Virus record (IMG/VR): IMGVR_UViG_3300044681_000510
Coordinates: 1 to 62,111 of that record
Strand: one strand, 5' to 3'
Source: a virus
Taxonomy: Duplodnaviria; Caudoviricetes
Length of the DNA stretch: 62,111 nucleotides
The position numbers and the translations under genes are program-made. The notes beneath the pieces are model-generated. The model worked only from the letters and a program-made list of their open reading frames with translations. It was not told the origin of the DNA and ran no database searches. Positions 28,079 to 36,809 of the stretch are shown here, one piece after another; positions within the stretch are counted from its first letter, which is position 1, and each line of letters opens with the position of its first letter.

Positions 28079-30434
28079 AAAACTCCTCTCTTGTATATTG
28101 CCTCATCATTGGAATATACGGTGCAGCACAACCATAAGAATCGTGAACAAAACTAAAATTAGTAAGACCAGCATTAATCATTCTATTTAGTGTCATCCAC
28201 ATATGAGATGCATCTAGACTGTGGATATAATTTGGACTAACAGCGAGATTAACTTGATCGTCGTCAATTTGGGTAGAATCAGTAGATCCAAAGTTTAACT
28301 CTTTCATGTTAAAGAGCTTTGCAATAGATCGTCTAGTTAAAATCTCATAATATTGATGGACAACTTTAAAACCACATGGAGTAGTCCATTCAAGATTTTT
28401 ACCCATATTGCTGGCAATATCTGCAATCTGCTTTAGCCATACCTTTCCTTTATTAGCGTTTGTTAAGGTATTCTTAAGGCACTTATCAATATATGTAGCC
28501 AGTTCCATTACTGCACCAGCTATTCTTTCTTTACCAACCCAATCTAAATGTCCCTCAGACTTACAATAACGACGGATACCATAGAAAGTTACTCCATAAG
28601 GATCTGTCATTACAGCTCTCTTGCATACTGATCTTGGAATATTGTGATTCCAGTGTTCAAGAAACTTATCCGCCCAAACCTTAGTGTCTGGGTCTGCGTT
28701 ATCATCCTTTACATCCTTTTCCATACTATTAGTCATGGAGTCTGCAACAAAGCCGTAAAGATCCTGTGGTATCTCAGACTTCACAAGATTAACCTTGTAA
28801 GCAAGGTCTGTATCTCTCATAACAGCAGCCCAATGTTGAACTCCGTTACACGACCCATCCATTTGAATAGGTAATTGTGTTAAACCATCCGTTCTGCACA
28901 ACTCAAAAATAGCTGCAAGACGCTGAAAACTTGGATTCTTTTTCTTTTTATCTGAAACCCAGAAATATCGCATTTCATAGGGATCTTTTGCAGTATCCTG
29001 AATAAGATCTAAGTTTTCATCAACCCATTTAATTCTATCTTCAAATGATTCCTTATCTTGGTCAAAGAGATTTGCCAAGTGGATTTTTAACCAATACCTA
29101 CCTTGTTCTGTTTGCTTGACTGGTTTTGCAAACATAATTAAACTACGATCAAAATCTGAACTTTGTGGAGATAATAAGTCACATGCCGTATAAGCACGAC
29201 CTCTAAAATCACATGTATAAGTGTGATAAAAGAATCCCCACTTGAGCAAATCTTTAGCAAGCTTAAGACGAACTAACATCCTACCACGGGAACGCTCTTC
29301 TTTATACCAACTACTGTAAGCCTCTTCTTTTCTCTGACACCACTTAGCCTTTTCTTCCTTAGCTCCACTTTCTGGGTAAGGTTCTCCAAAATCAAAAGCA
29401 TCAAAATTGTATGCTGGAAGATTAGCCTGTCTAGTGTTGTTAAGGAACATGTTTTCCATAACTTCATAAACAGACTTATTAATAGTCCACTCTGTATTCA
29501 TCAAGTTATTAAGACCATTAACAACCATTTCACTAGGGGTGGAGTTTTTCTGAACAACTGTTTCGTCCCAGAACACATCACGAAACTTCTGAACAACAGG
29601 CTTTCTAAGCCACGGCATAAGATTGCCCCCGCTAGAATTAACGGTATGCGGTACAGGAGGAACAATCATAGGACGATACAAAAAGCTAGCCCTTGAGACA
29701 AGATCATTGTGTCGATTGTGTAGTTCCATCAAGATTTCATCAGTAAAACTAACAACAACTCTTTCATACCAACGACTACCGATACGCTTTCTGTAGTTTT
29801 TGATAGAAATAATATTACTAATCTCAGCAATTCGAAGCATATGATGCCCAAAATCTTCCCTTTGCTTCCTAGTAAATTGCTTCTTATTAATGCAATTCAT
29901 TTTCTTAGCAAAAGCACGGCAACGCTTTACAGTCCAATTTTTCTGATAATGAGACTGCTTTAGCCAATCTTCTCTAAAATCTTTCTTTGCTGCTTGATAA
30001 GCAACAATATCAATAACCATATTAGAGATTTGGTGTGACATATGTTGGGCGGAAGGAAGGGGAACGGTGTGAATATCACCATCCTTACCATCCATCTTAC
30101 GGTCCCAAGTGTTAGAATTAAACCACTCTAACATCAAGCACCTAATAGTAATGTCGGCCATCTTACCAGCACCAACAGCAAATAGAGGATAAGCCCACTC
30201 AGGAGTCTTACGATTCTTGCTAACAAGATCAATCCATTCCTGATAGAACGGTGTCAAGTGAACAACACAAGAATCTAGAAGACCTTGTTCTGGATATCCC
30301 TCATCTGGGGATCTGTTGTATTCTTCCCAATATCGGTTGTTAGAAAGATTAAGCATCTCTTCTTCAAGAAGAGCCTGATAGTTCTTTCTATTTTCCTGAA
30401 CTTCTGGCTTAAGTAAATTCCATAACTCAGGCAT
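27939..30434 (-). CDS. Single-subunit DNA-directed RNA polymerase (T7 gp1-like)
   Basis: PMIVPP, DFRGRAY, DGSCNGVQH, KRAVMTDPYG, PNYIHSLDASH, VHDSY, C-terminal YFFH. Confidence 0.97.
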   Translation of the reverse strand: MPELWNLLKPEVQENRKNYQALLEEEMLNLSNNRYWEEYNRSPDEGYPEQGLLDSCVVHLTPFYQEWIDLVSKNRKTPEWAYPLFAVGAGKMADITIRCLMLEWFNSNTWDRKMDGKDGDIHTVPLPSAQHMSHQISNMVIDIVAYQAAKKDFREDWLKQSHYQKNWTVKRCRAFAKKMNCINKKQFTRKQREDFGHHMLRIAEISNIISIKNYRKRIGSRWYERVVVSFTDEILMELHNRHNDLVSRASFLYRPMIVPPVPHTVNSSGGNLMPWLRKPVVQKFRDVFWDETVVQKNSTPSEMVVNGLNNLMNTEWTINKSVYEVMENMFLNNTRQANLPAYNFDAFDFGEPYPESGAKEEKAKWCQRKEEAYSSWYKEERSRGRMLVRLKLAKDLLKWGFFYHTYTCDFRGRAYTACDLLSPQSSDFDRSLIMFAKPVKQTEQGRYWLKIHLANLFDQDKESFEDRIKWVDENLDLIQDTAKDPYEMRYFWVSDKKKKNPSFQRLAAIFELCRTDGLTQLPIQMDGSCNGVQHWAAVMRDTDLAYKVNLVKSEIPQDLYGFVADSMTNSMEKDVKDDNADPDTKVWADKFLEHWNHNIPRSVCKRAVMTDPYGVTFYGIRRYCKSEGHLDWVGKERIAGAVMELATYIDKCLKNTLTNANKGKVWLKQIADIASNMGKNLEWTTPCGFKVVHQYYEILTRRSIAKLFNMKELNFGSTDSTQIDDDQVNLAVSPNYIHSLDASHMWMTLNRMINAGLTNFSFVHDSYGCAAPYIPMMRQYTREEFYEMHKEPLLERLKEDVEKVLGVELPGTPEIGCFNISSVLEADYFFH

Positions 30435-30446
30435 AGATACCTCCTA

Positions 30447-30851
30447 TCAAAGTTCATCTATATTAGCATTAATAATAGCAGCAATCTTATCAAAAGATTT
30501 TGACCCTCGACCAAAATCACCATCATTAAGACCCGATAAAGTATACCACTCACCATTCTTTACATCGTTAAACTGACCATTCTTAGTTTTAATTCCAGCC
30601 CATTTTTTTACAGCTGGCGGTAGATAGCAAGCATATGAACCATATTTATAGCATTTACCGTCAAATAAATTATTAACCTTAGTAACCGTCAAGGTTTTCT
30701 TCTTGCTTTTCTTTCTTTCGGTATTATAAATATCGCACAAAACACCAAGACAACAGAAACTATTATTGTGGTTACGAAGTGTCCACTTTCCCTGCTTATA
30801 CTTACCAGAACGAAGAGCCTTTATCCAAAGTTTTGCCACATCCTTTTTCAT
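30447..30851 (-). CDS. Hypothetical protein
   Basis: WIKALRSGKYKQG...FCCLGVLCD...LND...F..IA pattern; AGGAG RBS. Confidence 0.75.
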   Translation of the reverse strand: MKKDVAKLWIKALRSGKYKQGKWTLRNHNNSFCCLGVLCDIYNTERKKSKKKTLTVTKVNNLFDGKCYKYGSYACYLPPAVKKWAGIKTKNGQFNDVKNGEWYTLSGLNDGDFGRGSKSFDKIAAIINANIDEL

Positions 30852-30906
30852 AGTATCTCCTGTATAATGCGTTTTAGGTATGCGCATCCCACCATCAACT
30901 TAATGA

Positions 30907-31914
30907 TTAGACCGTAGCAAGAGCGTGACGGAAAACCTTCATGGTCGAATCCTGATTTAACCCTGCAAGATTATCCCACGCACGATTCTCTGCCGTAGCC
31001 TTGCGACCACGGGCAGCAACACGATGCTGGATATACTTACTAACAGCATTAGCAGCCATCCACATACTTGCCTTACTACCAGTCTCATCCCTTTCACGGT
31101 CAAAGGTTTCAGACCAACTAGATACAGCCTTAACAGCATTATCATAGTTATCCTTCTCTGCATCAGTTCTTGGATTGGTAACAATGGGTGTTTCAATAAG
31201 ACCCCACACATCCATCCAGAACTGCTGGATATCAGACTTAGTAAGTTCACGATTAGCAAGAACATCTACCGTTTCACGGAAGAACTTGCCATTAGATTGG
31301 AATTGTCGAAGAGCATCACGCATAGCTTGCTTCTTATCTTCCATAGTATTACCCTTGTGGGTAATTCGGAACATATTCTTTCCCTTCCTAGCGTTGGCAA
31401 TAGCCATACTCAAAGTGTTCTGACAAACAATACGAACACTGGTTGGAAGAGCGGAGAAAGCAATACTACCATCATGGCTATTGATTAGACCCATATACTC
31501 TGTAACAGTATCTCCACTAGATCCTGCAACATCAAATGAATCACCACGAAGGAGAAGAACAACCTTTCGACCATTCTTAAGACTAAGTGCGGATTCAACC
31601 TTAACATCTCTTGACAACTCATAAGCCATCTCAAAGTGTTCGCTATTTTGGATTACCTGATAATCGCTAGATTGAACACTAAGAATTTCCTTCGTATCTT
31701 CTCGGACAATGGCACTATAGTCTTCTGAAAAGACCGTTCCAATGTCCGGATGATCTGCCTTAACAAAACCAGTCTTGATAACATTCCACTCAAGACCAGC
31801 ACTTCTCAAAGCATCAGTAGGAGACATATCAGACTCAACAACATTACCAAGACGATGCCATGCAGCAACACGATTGAAAACTGCACCATCCTTCTCCATG
31901 ATTTCATGTGCCAT
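30907..31914 (-). CDS. DUF932-family phage/plasmid protein
   Basis: MAHEI, AWH.LG, AGLEW.V, Y.VIQN, L.NGR.V, NSHDGS, VRIVCQNTL. Confidence 0.88.
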   Translation of the reverse strand: MAHEIMEKDGAVFNRVAAWHRLGNVVESDMSPTDALRSAGLEWNVIKTGFVKADHPDIGTVFSEDYSAIVREDTKEILSVQSSDYQVIQNSEHFEMAYELSRDVKVESALSLKNGRKVVLLLRGDSFDVAGSSGDTVTEYMGLINSHDGSIAFSALPTSVRIVCQNTLSMAIANARKGKNMFRITHKGNTMEDKKQAMRDALRQFQSNGKFFRETVDVLANRELTKSDIQQFWMDVWGLIETPIVTNPRTDAEKDNYDNAVKAVSSWSETFDRERDETGSKASMWMAANAVSKYIQHRVAARGRKATAENRAWDNLAGLNQDSTMKVFRHALATV

Positions 31915-31943
31915 TATAGTAACCTTTCTGCGTCAACAGACGC

Positions 31944-32078
31944 TTAATTAAAATCAGAACGATCACGAACTTTAAACTCTTCTTTCATACGCTTTCGTTT
32001 TTGACTACCCCATCCTTTATTTTGTTCTTTCTTCTTGTACTTGTAACGATCTTTCTCTTTATTTTTGTTTTGCTTCAT
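31944..32078 (-). CDS. Small basic hypothetical protein
   Basis: GGAG RBS before MKQNKNK; 44 aa. Confidence 0.45.
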   Translation of the reverse strand: MKQNKNKEKDRYKYKKKEQNKGWGSQKRKRMKEEFKVRDRSDFN

Positions 32079-32105
32079 AGTTTCTCCGAATGTTGATAGC
32101 GAAAG

Positions 32106-32178
32106 TGAGGCTACGGAGATTCGAACTCCGGTCAAGAGGATGAAAGCCTCCTATCCTAGACCACTAGACGATAGCCCC
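32106..32178 (-). tRNA. tRNA-Glu(UUC)
   Basis: Cloverleaf GGGGCTA/TAGCCTC, anticodon loop CTTTCAT, T-loop TTCGAAT; no encoded CCA. Confidence 0.95.
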
Positions 32179-32183
32179 AAATA

Positions 32184-32256
32184 TGACCAAGGTGGGATTC
32201 GAACCCACACTACAAACATTTTAAGTGTCTTGACTCTGCCGTTGGTCTACTTGGCC
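32184..32256 (-). tRNA. tRNA-Leu(UAA), short variable region
   Basis: GGCCAAG/CTTGGTC-A, anticodon loop CTTAAAA, T-arm GTGGG-TTCGAAT-CCCAC; 73 nt. Confidence 0.9.
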
Positions 32257-32369
32257 GTATTCTTTTTAGGCTTCTTCTTACCAAAGATAGCCTCATAGTT
32301 CTTGTCATATTGCTTTTTATCAACAGGGCGATACTTATCACCTTTACCAGCCGAATGCTTACCACTCAT
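32247..32369 (-). CDS. Small basic hypothetical protein (40 aa)
   Basis: Hand-translated MSGKHSAGKGDKYRPVDKKQYDKNYEAIFGKKK...; AGGAG RBS. Confidence 0.65.
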   Translation of the reverse strand: MSGKHSAGKGDKYRPVDKKQYDKNYEAIFGKKKPKKNTAK

Positions 32370-32396
32370 TATAGCACATCTCCTATGGTTTGTCAA
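32368..32396 (-). promoter_or_regulatory. Host sigma70 consensus promoter
   Basis: TTGACA-17 nt-TATAAT with TGn extended -10; points toward tRNA-Leu, tRNA-Glu, DUF932 and RNAP. Confidence 0.85.
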
Positions 32397-32400
32397 TAAG

Positions 32401-32474
32401 CGTTCCTGAATGGAATCGAACCATTAGCCTTAGCATTAGAAGTGCCACGCTCTATCCAATTGAGCTACAGGAAC
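32401..32474 (-). tRNA. tRNA-Arg(UCU)
   Basis: GTTCCTG/CAGGAAC-G, D-arm GCTC/GAGC, loop CTTCTAA, T-loop TTCGATT. Confidence 0.95.
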
Positions 32475-32482
32475 TAATGCCA

Positions 32483-32878
32483 TTACACCTTATTCGGTAT
32501 AAAAATAGGCTTTGTAAACTTAGCCATCTCATTAAAAACCTGACTAAGACGCTCCTTAATCAAGCCGTCAATATAATCCTTAATCCACTTATTATCCGTA
32601 TCATTCAAAGGAGCGATCATATTCTTCTGCTCTTTCATACGCTCAAGAATCTTATCATCAATATCGCTCATAATCTCATCAACAACATTACTGGTGACAT
32701 CATCACGCATATCGGAGATAGCAGAATCAACCATCTGTTCCATGCTATACTTTGCATCCTCAATTTCAGATTCCATATCACTTTTTATGTCATCAATAGC
32801 ATCACTAATCTGATCCTTGACTGCATCACTAGCGGCTTCCTTAAGAAACTCTTCCATCTTCTCAGCAAAATGATTCAT
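32483..32878 (-). CDS. Acidic helical hypothetical protein
   Basis: AAAGGA RBS before MNHFAE; D/E-rich repeats; upstream extension overlaps a tRNA so start refined. Confidence 0.7.
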   Translation of the reverse strand: MNHFAEKMEEFLKEAASDAVKDQISDAIDDIKSDMESEIEDAKYSMEQMVDSAISDMRDDVTSNVVDEIMSDIDDKILERMKEQKNMIAPLNDTDNKWIKDYIDGLIKERLSQVFNEMAKFTKPIFIPNKV

Positions 32879-32938
32879 AATCTGTCCTTTTAATAAGTAT
32901 AGATTTCGTAAAAACTGTCCTTCCAATAAGGCCAGTAA

Positions 32939-33012
32939 TAGGGGCGGCGGGATTCGAACCCACATGAGCGCGATTATAAGTCACGACCTTTTTCCAATTC
33001 AGGCACACCCCA
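32939..33012 (-). tRNA. tRNA with UAU anticodon (nominal Ile), atypical body
   Basis: GGGGTG/CGCCCC acceptor with U1-U72 mismatch, anticodon arm CGTGA-CTTATAA-TCGCG, T-arm GTGGG-TTCGAAT-CCCGC. Confidence 0.85.
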
Positions 33013-33021
33013 GTAAATTAC

Positions 33022-33420
33022 TTAGTCGCTATAATGATAATAACCGGGATCAGCCCACGGACCTTCATCAAAGTTATCATCGTAATAATCACCGTCATGC
33101 TCAGGTTCTTCAGCATTATCACTAGAGTATTGTTTACAAGCCTTAAGTAATTTATCAGCAAAATCTTTCTTAAGACCGTCAATACCAGTTTTCATACAAA
33201 GATCGTGCTCATTAAGATATTCATGGATATAGACATCTGTAATCTCTACAGACTCAAGTTCCCAACACCAATCTTCATGGATACCAAAAGCACCCCAATA
33301 TTCATAGGGTCCAATACCATGATCAACATAATTCCAAACTTCTGTAGCAATAAAAGACACGGTGTAATCATTATCACCAACACTAACAGTAATCTCTTCG
33401 TACAAAGTTTCCTTGTCCAT
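33022..33420 (-). CDS. Highly acidic early protein (possible DNA mimic)
   Basis: AGGAG RBS; hand count 33 D/E versus 7 K/R in 132 aa. Confidence 0.7.
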   Translation of the reverse strand: MDKETLYEEITVSVGDNDYTVSFIATEVWNYVDHGIGPYEYWGAFGIHEDWCWELESVEITDVYIHEYLNEHDLCMKTGIDGLKKDFADKLLKACKQYSSDNAEEPEHDGDYYDDNFDEGPWADPGYYHYSD

Positions 33421-33460
33421 AGTATCTCCTAAAGATAAAGGTTTATGTATTGTAACAAAG

Positions 33461-33533
33461 TGCCCCCTATAGGACTTGAACCTATAACCAATTGATTAAA
33501 AGTCAACTGCTCTACCAATTGAGCTAAGGAGGC
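33461..33533 (-). tRNA. tRNA-Lys(UUU)
   Basis: GCCTCCT/AGGGGGC-A, loop CTTTTAA, T-loop TTCAAGT. Confidence 0.95.
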
Positions 33534-33548
33534 AAGTACCGTGGAGTC

Positions 33549-33569
33549 CCTATCAGTAGCCCCAACTAT
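33549..33569 (-). promoter_or_regulatory. Putative phage RNAP promoter
   Basis: Identical 21-mer to 26453-26473; immediately upstream of the tRNA cluster. Confidence 0.7.
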
Positions 33570-33621
33570 TCGACTCTAGTATAGGCTGCGATAAAAACGA
33601 CGATAATGCAGATGATAAGAA

Positions 33622-33795
33622 TTACGGCCACTCTTTGTTGTCCTTATTCTCAAGATATGCTACATAAGCATGAGCATCTGACTCGTCACCAAACGCATCA
33701 ATTATAGTTACACGATTTCCAACACTAGTAATATAGGAACCACGAACTTCATACCAACCATTCGTAGGCTCATATACAACAGTATAATTAATCAT
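33622..33795 (-). CDS. Hypothetical protein (57 aa)
   Basis: Hand-translated MINYTVVYEPTNGWYEVRG...; fills gap, upstream AAGGAG. Confidence 0.55.
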   Translation of the reverse strand: MINYTVVYEPTNGWYEVRGSYITSVGNRVTIIDAFGDESDAHAYVAYLENKDNKEWP

Positions 33796-33955
33796 CGCTC
33801 ATCATCTCCTTCATATCATCCATAAAGATTTCTGGGGTCTTACCCAAAAGATAATAATGATGTGGCATAAACTGTGCAACATCTTCCCAAACTAAAGCAT
33901 GATCAATAAGCATCATATCTAAACGATGCACCCAATCAACATACTTGATATCCAT
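33788..33955 (-). CDS. Hypothetical protein (55 aa)
   Basis: Hand-translated MDIKYVDWVHRLDMML...; AAGGAG RBS. Confidence 0.55.
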   Translation of the reverse strand: MDIKYVDWVHRLDMMLIDHALVWEDVAQFMPHHYYLLGKTPEIFMDDMKEMMSDD

Positions 33956-34121
33956 CATCTAGATTCTCCTTATTCAAAACATACAACATATTAGCAACAG
34001 AAAAACCTAATTCAGTAAGTCTATAATAATCCCTACCATCCTCACCCCAACAAATCTCAACAAAATCAAGAGTTACCAGATAATCAAGAAGATCATGCCC
34101 AACCTTTTCAATGTCATCCAT
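33936..34121 (-). CDS. Small acidic protein, possible winged-helix fragment
   Basis: LDYLVTLDFVE...YYRLTELG. Confidence 0.6.
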   Translation of the reverse strand: MDDIEKVGHDLLDYLVTLDFVEICWGEDGRDYYRLTELGFSVANMLYVLNKENLDDGYQVC

Positions 34122-34122
34122 G

Positions 34123-34506
34123 TTACCACCATCCTACTAGTGTATAATTATTGTCAACACAAACCTTCATAAACTTATGAAGATCACGAATCTCATCAAT
34201 TTTGTAATGATACTCAATATCTCCATTATTATGGAGTTCATCTAGAGCATCTTGCAATTCCTCACTAGTACCACCAAGAAGAAACTCATCAATAGCATTA
34301 TAAAGCAAGGTAACTTCATCTGAACTATTGCGTTCAGTATACAGATCAACTTGATCATTTGTTACCCAGTTTACAAAACTATTGTAGACTTTACCACGAA
34401 ACGAAGAACCGCTACCACTAAACATACCACCACAAAGACTGATCCCATCAAAGTTAGAATCAGGTGCTTGCTTCTTTCCATCAAAAGCATATGTATCAAG
34501 CCCCAT
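34123..34506 (-). CDS. Acidic hypothetical protein
   Basis: GGGAG RBS before MGLDTY; SFRGKVY; ends GWW. Confidence 0.7.
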   Translation of the reverse strand: MGLDTYAFDGKKQAPDSNFDGISLCGGMFSGSGSSFRGKVYNSFVNWVTNDQVDLYTERNSSDEVTLLYNAIDEFLLGGTSEELQDALDELHNNGDIEYHYKIDEIRDLHKFMKVCVDNNYTLVGWW

Positions 34507-34702
34507 TATAGTTCTCCCAAAAGAATTGATATAGTTCATTACCAAACTCATCATCCTCACTAGGCTCAATATGAGATCCGTAGATATCCTCAATATGATC
34601 AATCTCAACATGAGGATAACCATCGGGATCTTCAATTGTAGTCAACTTGGCAATATACTCCTCACCCATATACTCAAACTTATATTCGCTAGGGGTTTCC
34701 AT
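34496..34702 (-). CDS. Highly acidic small protein
   Basis: Hand count 19 D/E versus 2 K in 68 aa; AAGGA RBS. Confidence 0.65.
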   Translation of the reverse strand: METPSEYKFEYMGEEYIAKLTTIEDPDGYPHVEIDHIEDIYGSHIEPSEDDEFGNELYQFFWENYNGA

Positions 34703-34704
34703 AA

Positions 34705-34860
34705 TTAAATCCTTGAGTTTCCATGAAAGAGAAGTAAATGATTGATTAGATGACTACAGTCAACAAGAAGTTCTTTGATTTCTTTTGTATCAAAAGAATC
34801 TTCCTCATTATAGTTTTCAAGATAGTAAAAAATACGATCAAGAACTTCACTAGGTTTCAC
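34705..34860 (-). CDS. Hypothetical protein (51 aa, GTG start)
   Basis: Hand-translated MKPSEVLDRIFYYLENY...; GTGA overlap, GGAG RBS. Confidence 0.5.
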   Translation of the reverse strand: MKPSEVLDRIFYYLENYNEEDSFDTKEIKELLVDCSHLINHLLLFHGNSRI

Positions 34861-35048
34861 TTGGTAAATCTCCGTGCAGCATCAGCCTTATACTGATCCA
34901 CAATACTAGGGTATTGAATACCATCTCTCATAATAGGGGCATAGATATCAATCTTGCCATCAAAGTGATCCTTTTGTGCCTGATTCCACGAATCATACAG
35001 ATCACCCCAACGATAACTAATACCATTCAAAACAATTTTCTTAGACAT
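34857..35048 (-). CDS. Hypothetical protein
   Basis: Coupled within early operon. Confidence 0.6.
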   Translation of the reverse strand: MSKKIVLNGISYRWGDLYDSWNQAQKDHFDGKIDIYAPIMRDGIQYPSIVDQYKADAARRFTK

Positions 35049-35394
35049 TCAGAAGATCCTTTGTGTTGACATCAGATGCAAACTCAACTTCAACCTTGGT
35101 CTTTGTAATCATTACAGACTCTTGATCCAAATGCTTACAGACAGTAGCAACAAGAGAACGAATAACAGCATCAATCTTATCAGCTTCTCCGGTAATAATA
35201 CCAACCTTCCACCACTTGTCAACCGCAAGATTACCATTCTTCATAATATAACAACCCTCACCTTCGGTAACAGAACATCCACCAAAGTGTTCACTAGTGT
35301 ATCGAACAAAACTATGAAGAATACTAGAGGCTACATCAGTACGCCTACGATCATTGTCATGCTTTGGAATAAGCACATTATACTCAGTCAACAT
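35041..35394 (-). CDS. Hypothetical protein, DUF3574/PII-like fold candidate
   Basis: IPKHDND, FGGCS..EG.G.Y, LDQESV pattern. Confidence 0.6.
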   Translation of the reverse strand: MLTEYNVLIPKHDNDRRRTDVASSILHSFVRYTSEHFGGCSVTEGEGCYIMKNGNLAVDKWWKVGIITGEADKIDAVIRSLVATVCKHLDQESVMITKTKVEVEFASDVNTKDLLNV

Positions 35395-35896
35395 CTTCGG
35401 TATTCCTTTCCTTTACAATGTAATACCCATCACCATTGTCAACAAGTTCGTAATCACTATCTTCGTACATATTGTTCATATTGAACATCTCAACCAACTC
35501 CGCTGGAATAGGACTATCCATCTCATAATAGTCTTCATAAAGACCATACTCAGGATCAGTACCATACTTACCAACAAATCCCATTCCAGGCTCAAAGAAA
35601 TAAGCCTCTACTGTCCAACCATCTGCAACCATTGCCTTATAAACTTCTTCGGGAGGACACCAAGCAGACTCAAAAGAAATCTCAATCTGATTCTTAGTAG
35701 ATGCAAACTGAACCCAAGAAAGATCGTGTGCTTCCCACTTGGTTCCCCAAGTATTGATCGCCTTGTCATATTCCCACTCACCAAGTGGCAGGATATAATC
35801 GAAGAAGATATCCTTATTTAATGAATCTTTGAGAGCCTGAATCTTTGCAGGATCATTATGACTAAGGACAACACTATTCACGCACCAGTTAGGCAT
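35384..35896 (-). CDS. DUF1281/YubB-like ferredoxin-fold protein
   Basis: MPNWCVN, WGTKWE, FESAWCPP, FFEPGMGFVG. Confidence 0.8.
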   Translation of the reverse strand: MPNWCVNSVVLSHNDPAKIQALKDSLNKDIFFDYILPLGEWEYDKAINTWGTKWEAHDLSWVQFASTKNQIEISFESAWCPPEEVYKAMVADGWTVEAYFFEPGMGFVGKYGTDPEYGLYEDYYEMDSPIPAELVEMFNMNNMYEDSDYELVDNGDGYYIVKERNTEDVD

Positions 35897-36095
35897 TTGC
35901 TTTGTCTCCTAGATAAAAGGAAAGATCATCACGATGACACGAAACAACATCAGATCCAACACCACCAACTTTCATAGCAGCACGATTAGCATCATACTTT
36001 GTAGCGTGGAATGAAAAAACTCTCCACTTGGGATTGTCTGGAGTACGATAGACAACCCACCAATCCATGTCCATATTAGGGGCACTAGTTTCCAT
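35889..36095 (-). CDS. Hypothetical protein
   Basis: Start refined to METSAP after purine-rich RBS. Confidence 0.55.
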   Translation of the reverse strand: METSAPNMDMDWWVVYRTPDNPKWRVFSFHATKYDANRAAMKVGGVGSDVVSCHRDDLSFYLGDKANA

Positions 36096-36184
36096 TTGAT
36101 TTCTTCTTCCAATAAAAGTACAAGATAACAGGAGTTGCAACGAGCAACCCAATTACCTTGATATACCAAGAAACAAGAATGTAA

Positions 36185-36574
36185 TCATCCATTTACAGTC
36201 TCCCTTACAAAAGGATCAATACCAAGAGGAATCTTCTCACTTCCAATCCAGTAATCAGAAACCATACCGTTACGATAGGTGAGATACCACTCGTGATTCT
36301 TTTGATAAATGCTACAGTTAGTACCAAAGATACTAAGGATAGCATTCAACCGATCCTTTGTAGTTCTTGTTCTCCAACCACAATCACGAATCCAAAGAAC
36401 ATAATGTCCCTTGGCATAATCGTACTGAATAACAGCAATACGATTGTTGTGAAGAAGATACTCAACAAGGGGATATCCATTCTCATCCTTCCAAACACAA
36501 AGTTCTGAAGAACCACGCTTGAAAGACTTGAGATTACGAATCCCATCACGAATCTTACGATCAATCACTCTCAT
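36185..36574 (-). CDS. Hypothetical protein
   Basis: LHNNRIA...GWRTRTTKDRLNAIL...IYQKN.EWY pattern; AAGGA RBS. Confidence 0.7.
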   Translation of the reverse strand: MRVIDRKIRDGIRNLKSFKRGSSELCVWKDENGYPLVEYLLHNNRIAVIQYDYAKGHYVLWIRDCGWRTRTTKDRLNAILSIFGTNCSIYQKNHEWYLTYRNGMVSDYWIGSEKIPLGIDPFVRETVNG

Positions 36575-36788
36575 TGGAAACTTCCTTTATTGAAGGAGTG
36601 GAATCAATCCACCGCATATCACACCAACCAGAAACCAGATCAACAACACCATCATCAAAGAGTTTCTGCTTTGCCATAGCAATCAGAATGTTTGGATCAG
36701 ATTCCCTGTTAGTCATCGTAGTAACCCTAGTACTAACAGAAACTCCACAACCATCACCACAAGACCAAGAAACAATCCAAGTTTTCAT
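36561..36788 (-). CDS. Hypothetical protein
   Basis: AGGAG RBS; 75 aa. Confidence 0.6.
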   Translation of the reverse strand: MKTWIVSWSCGDGCGVSVSTRVTTMTNRESDPNILIAMAKQKLFDDGVVDLVSGWCDMRWIDSTPSIKEVSNESD

Positions 36789-36809
36789 TTGTTTCTCCTA
36801 AAGATGGAA

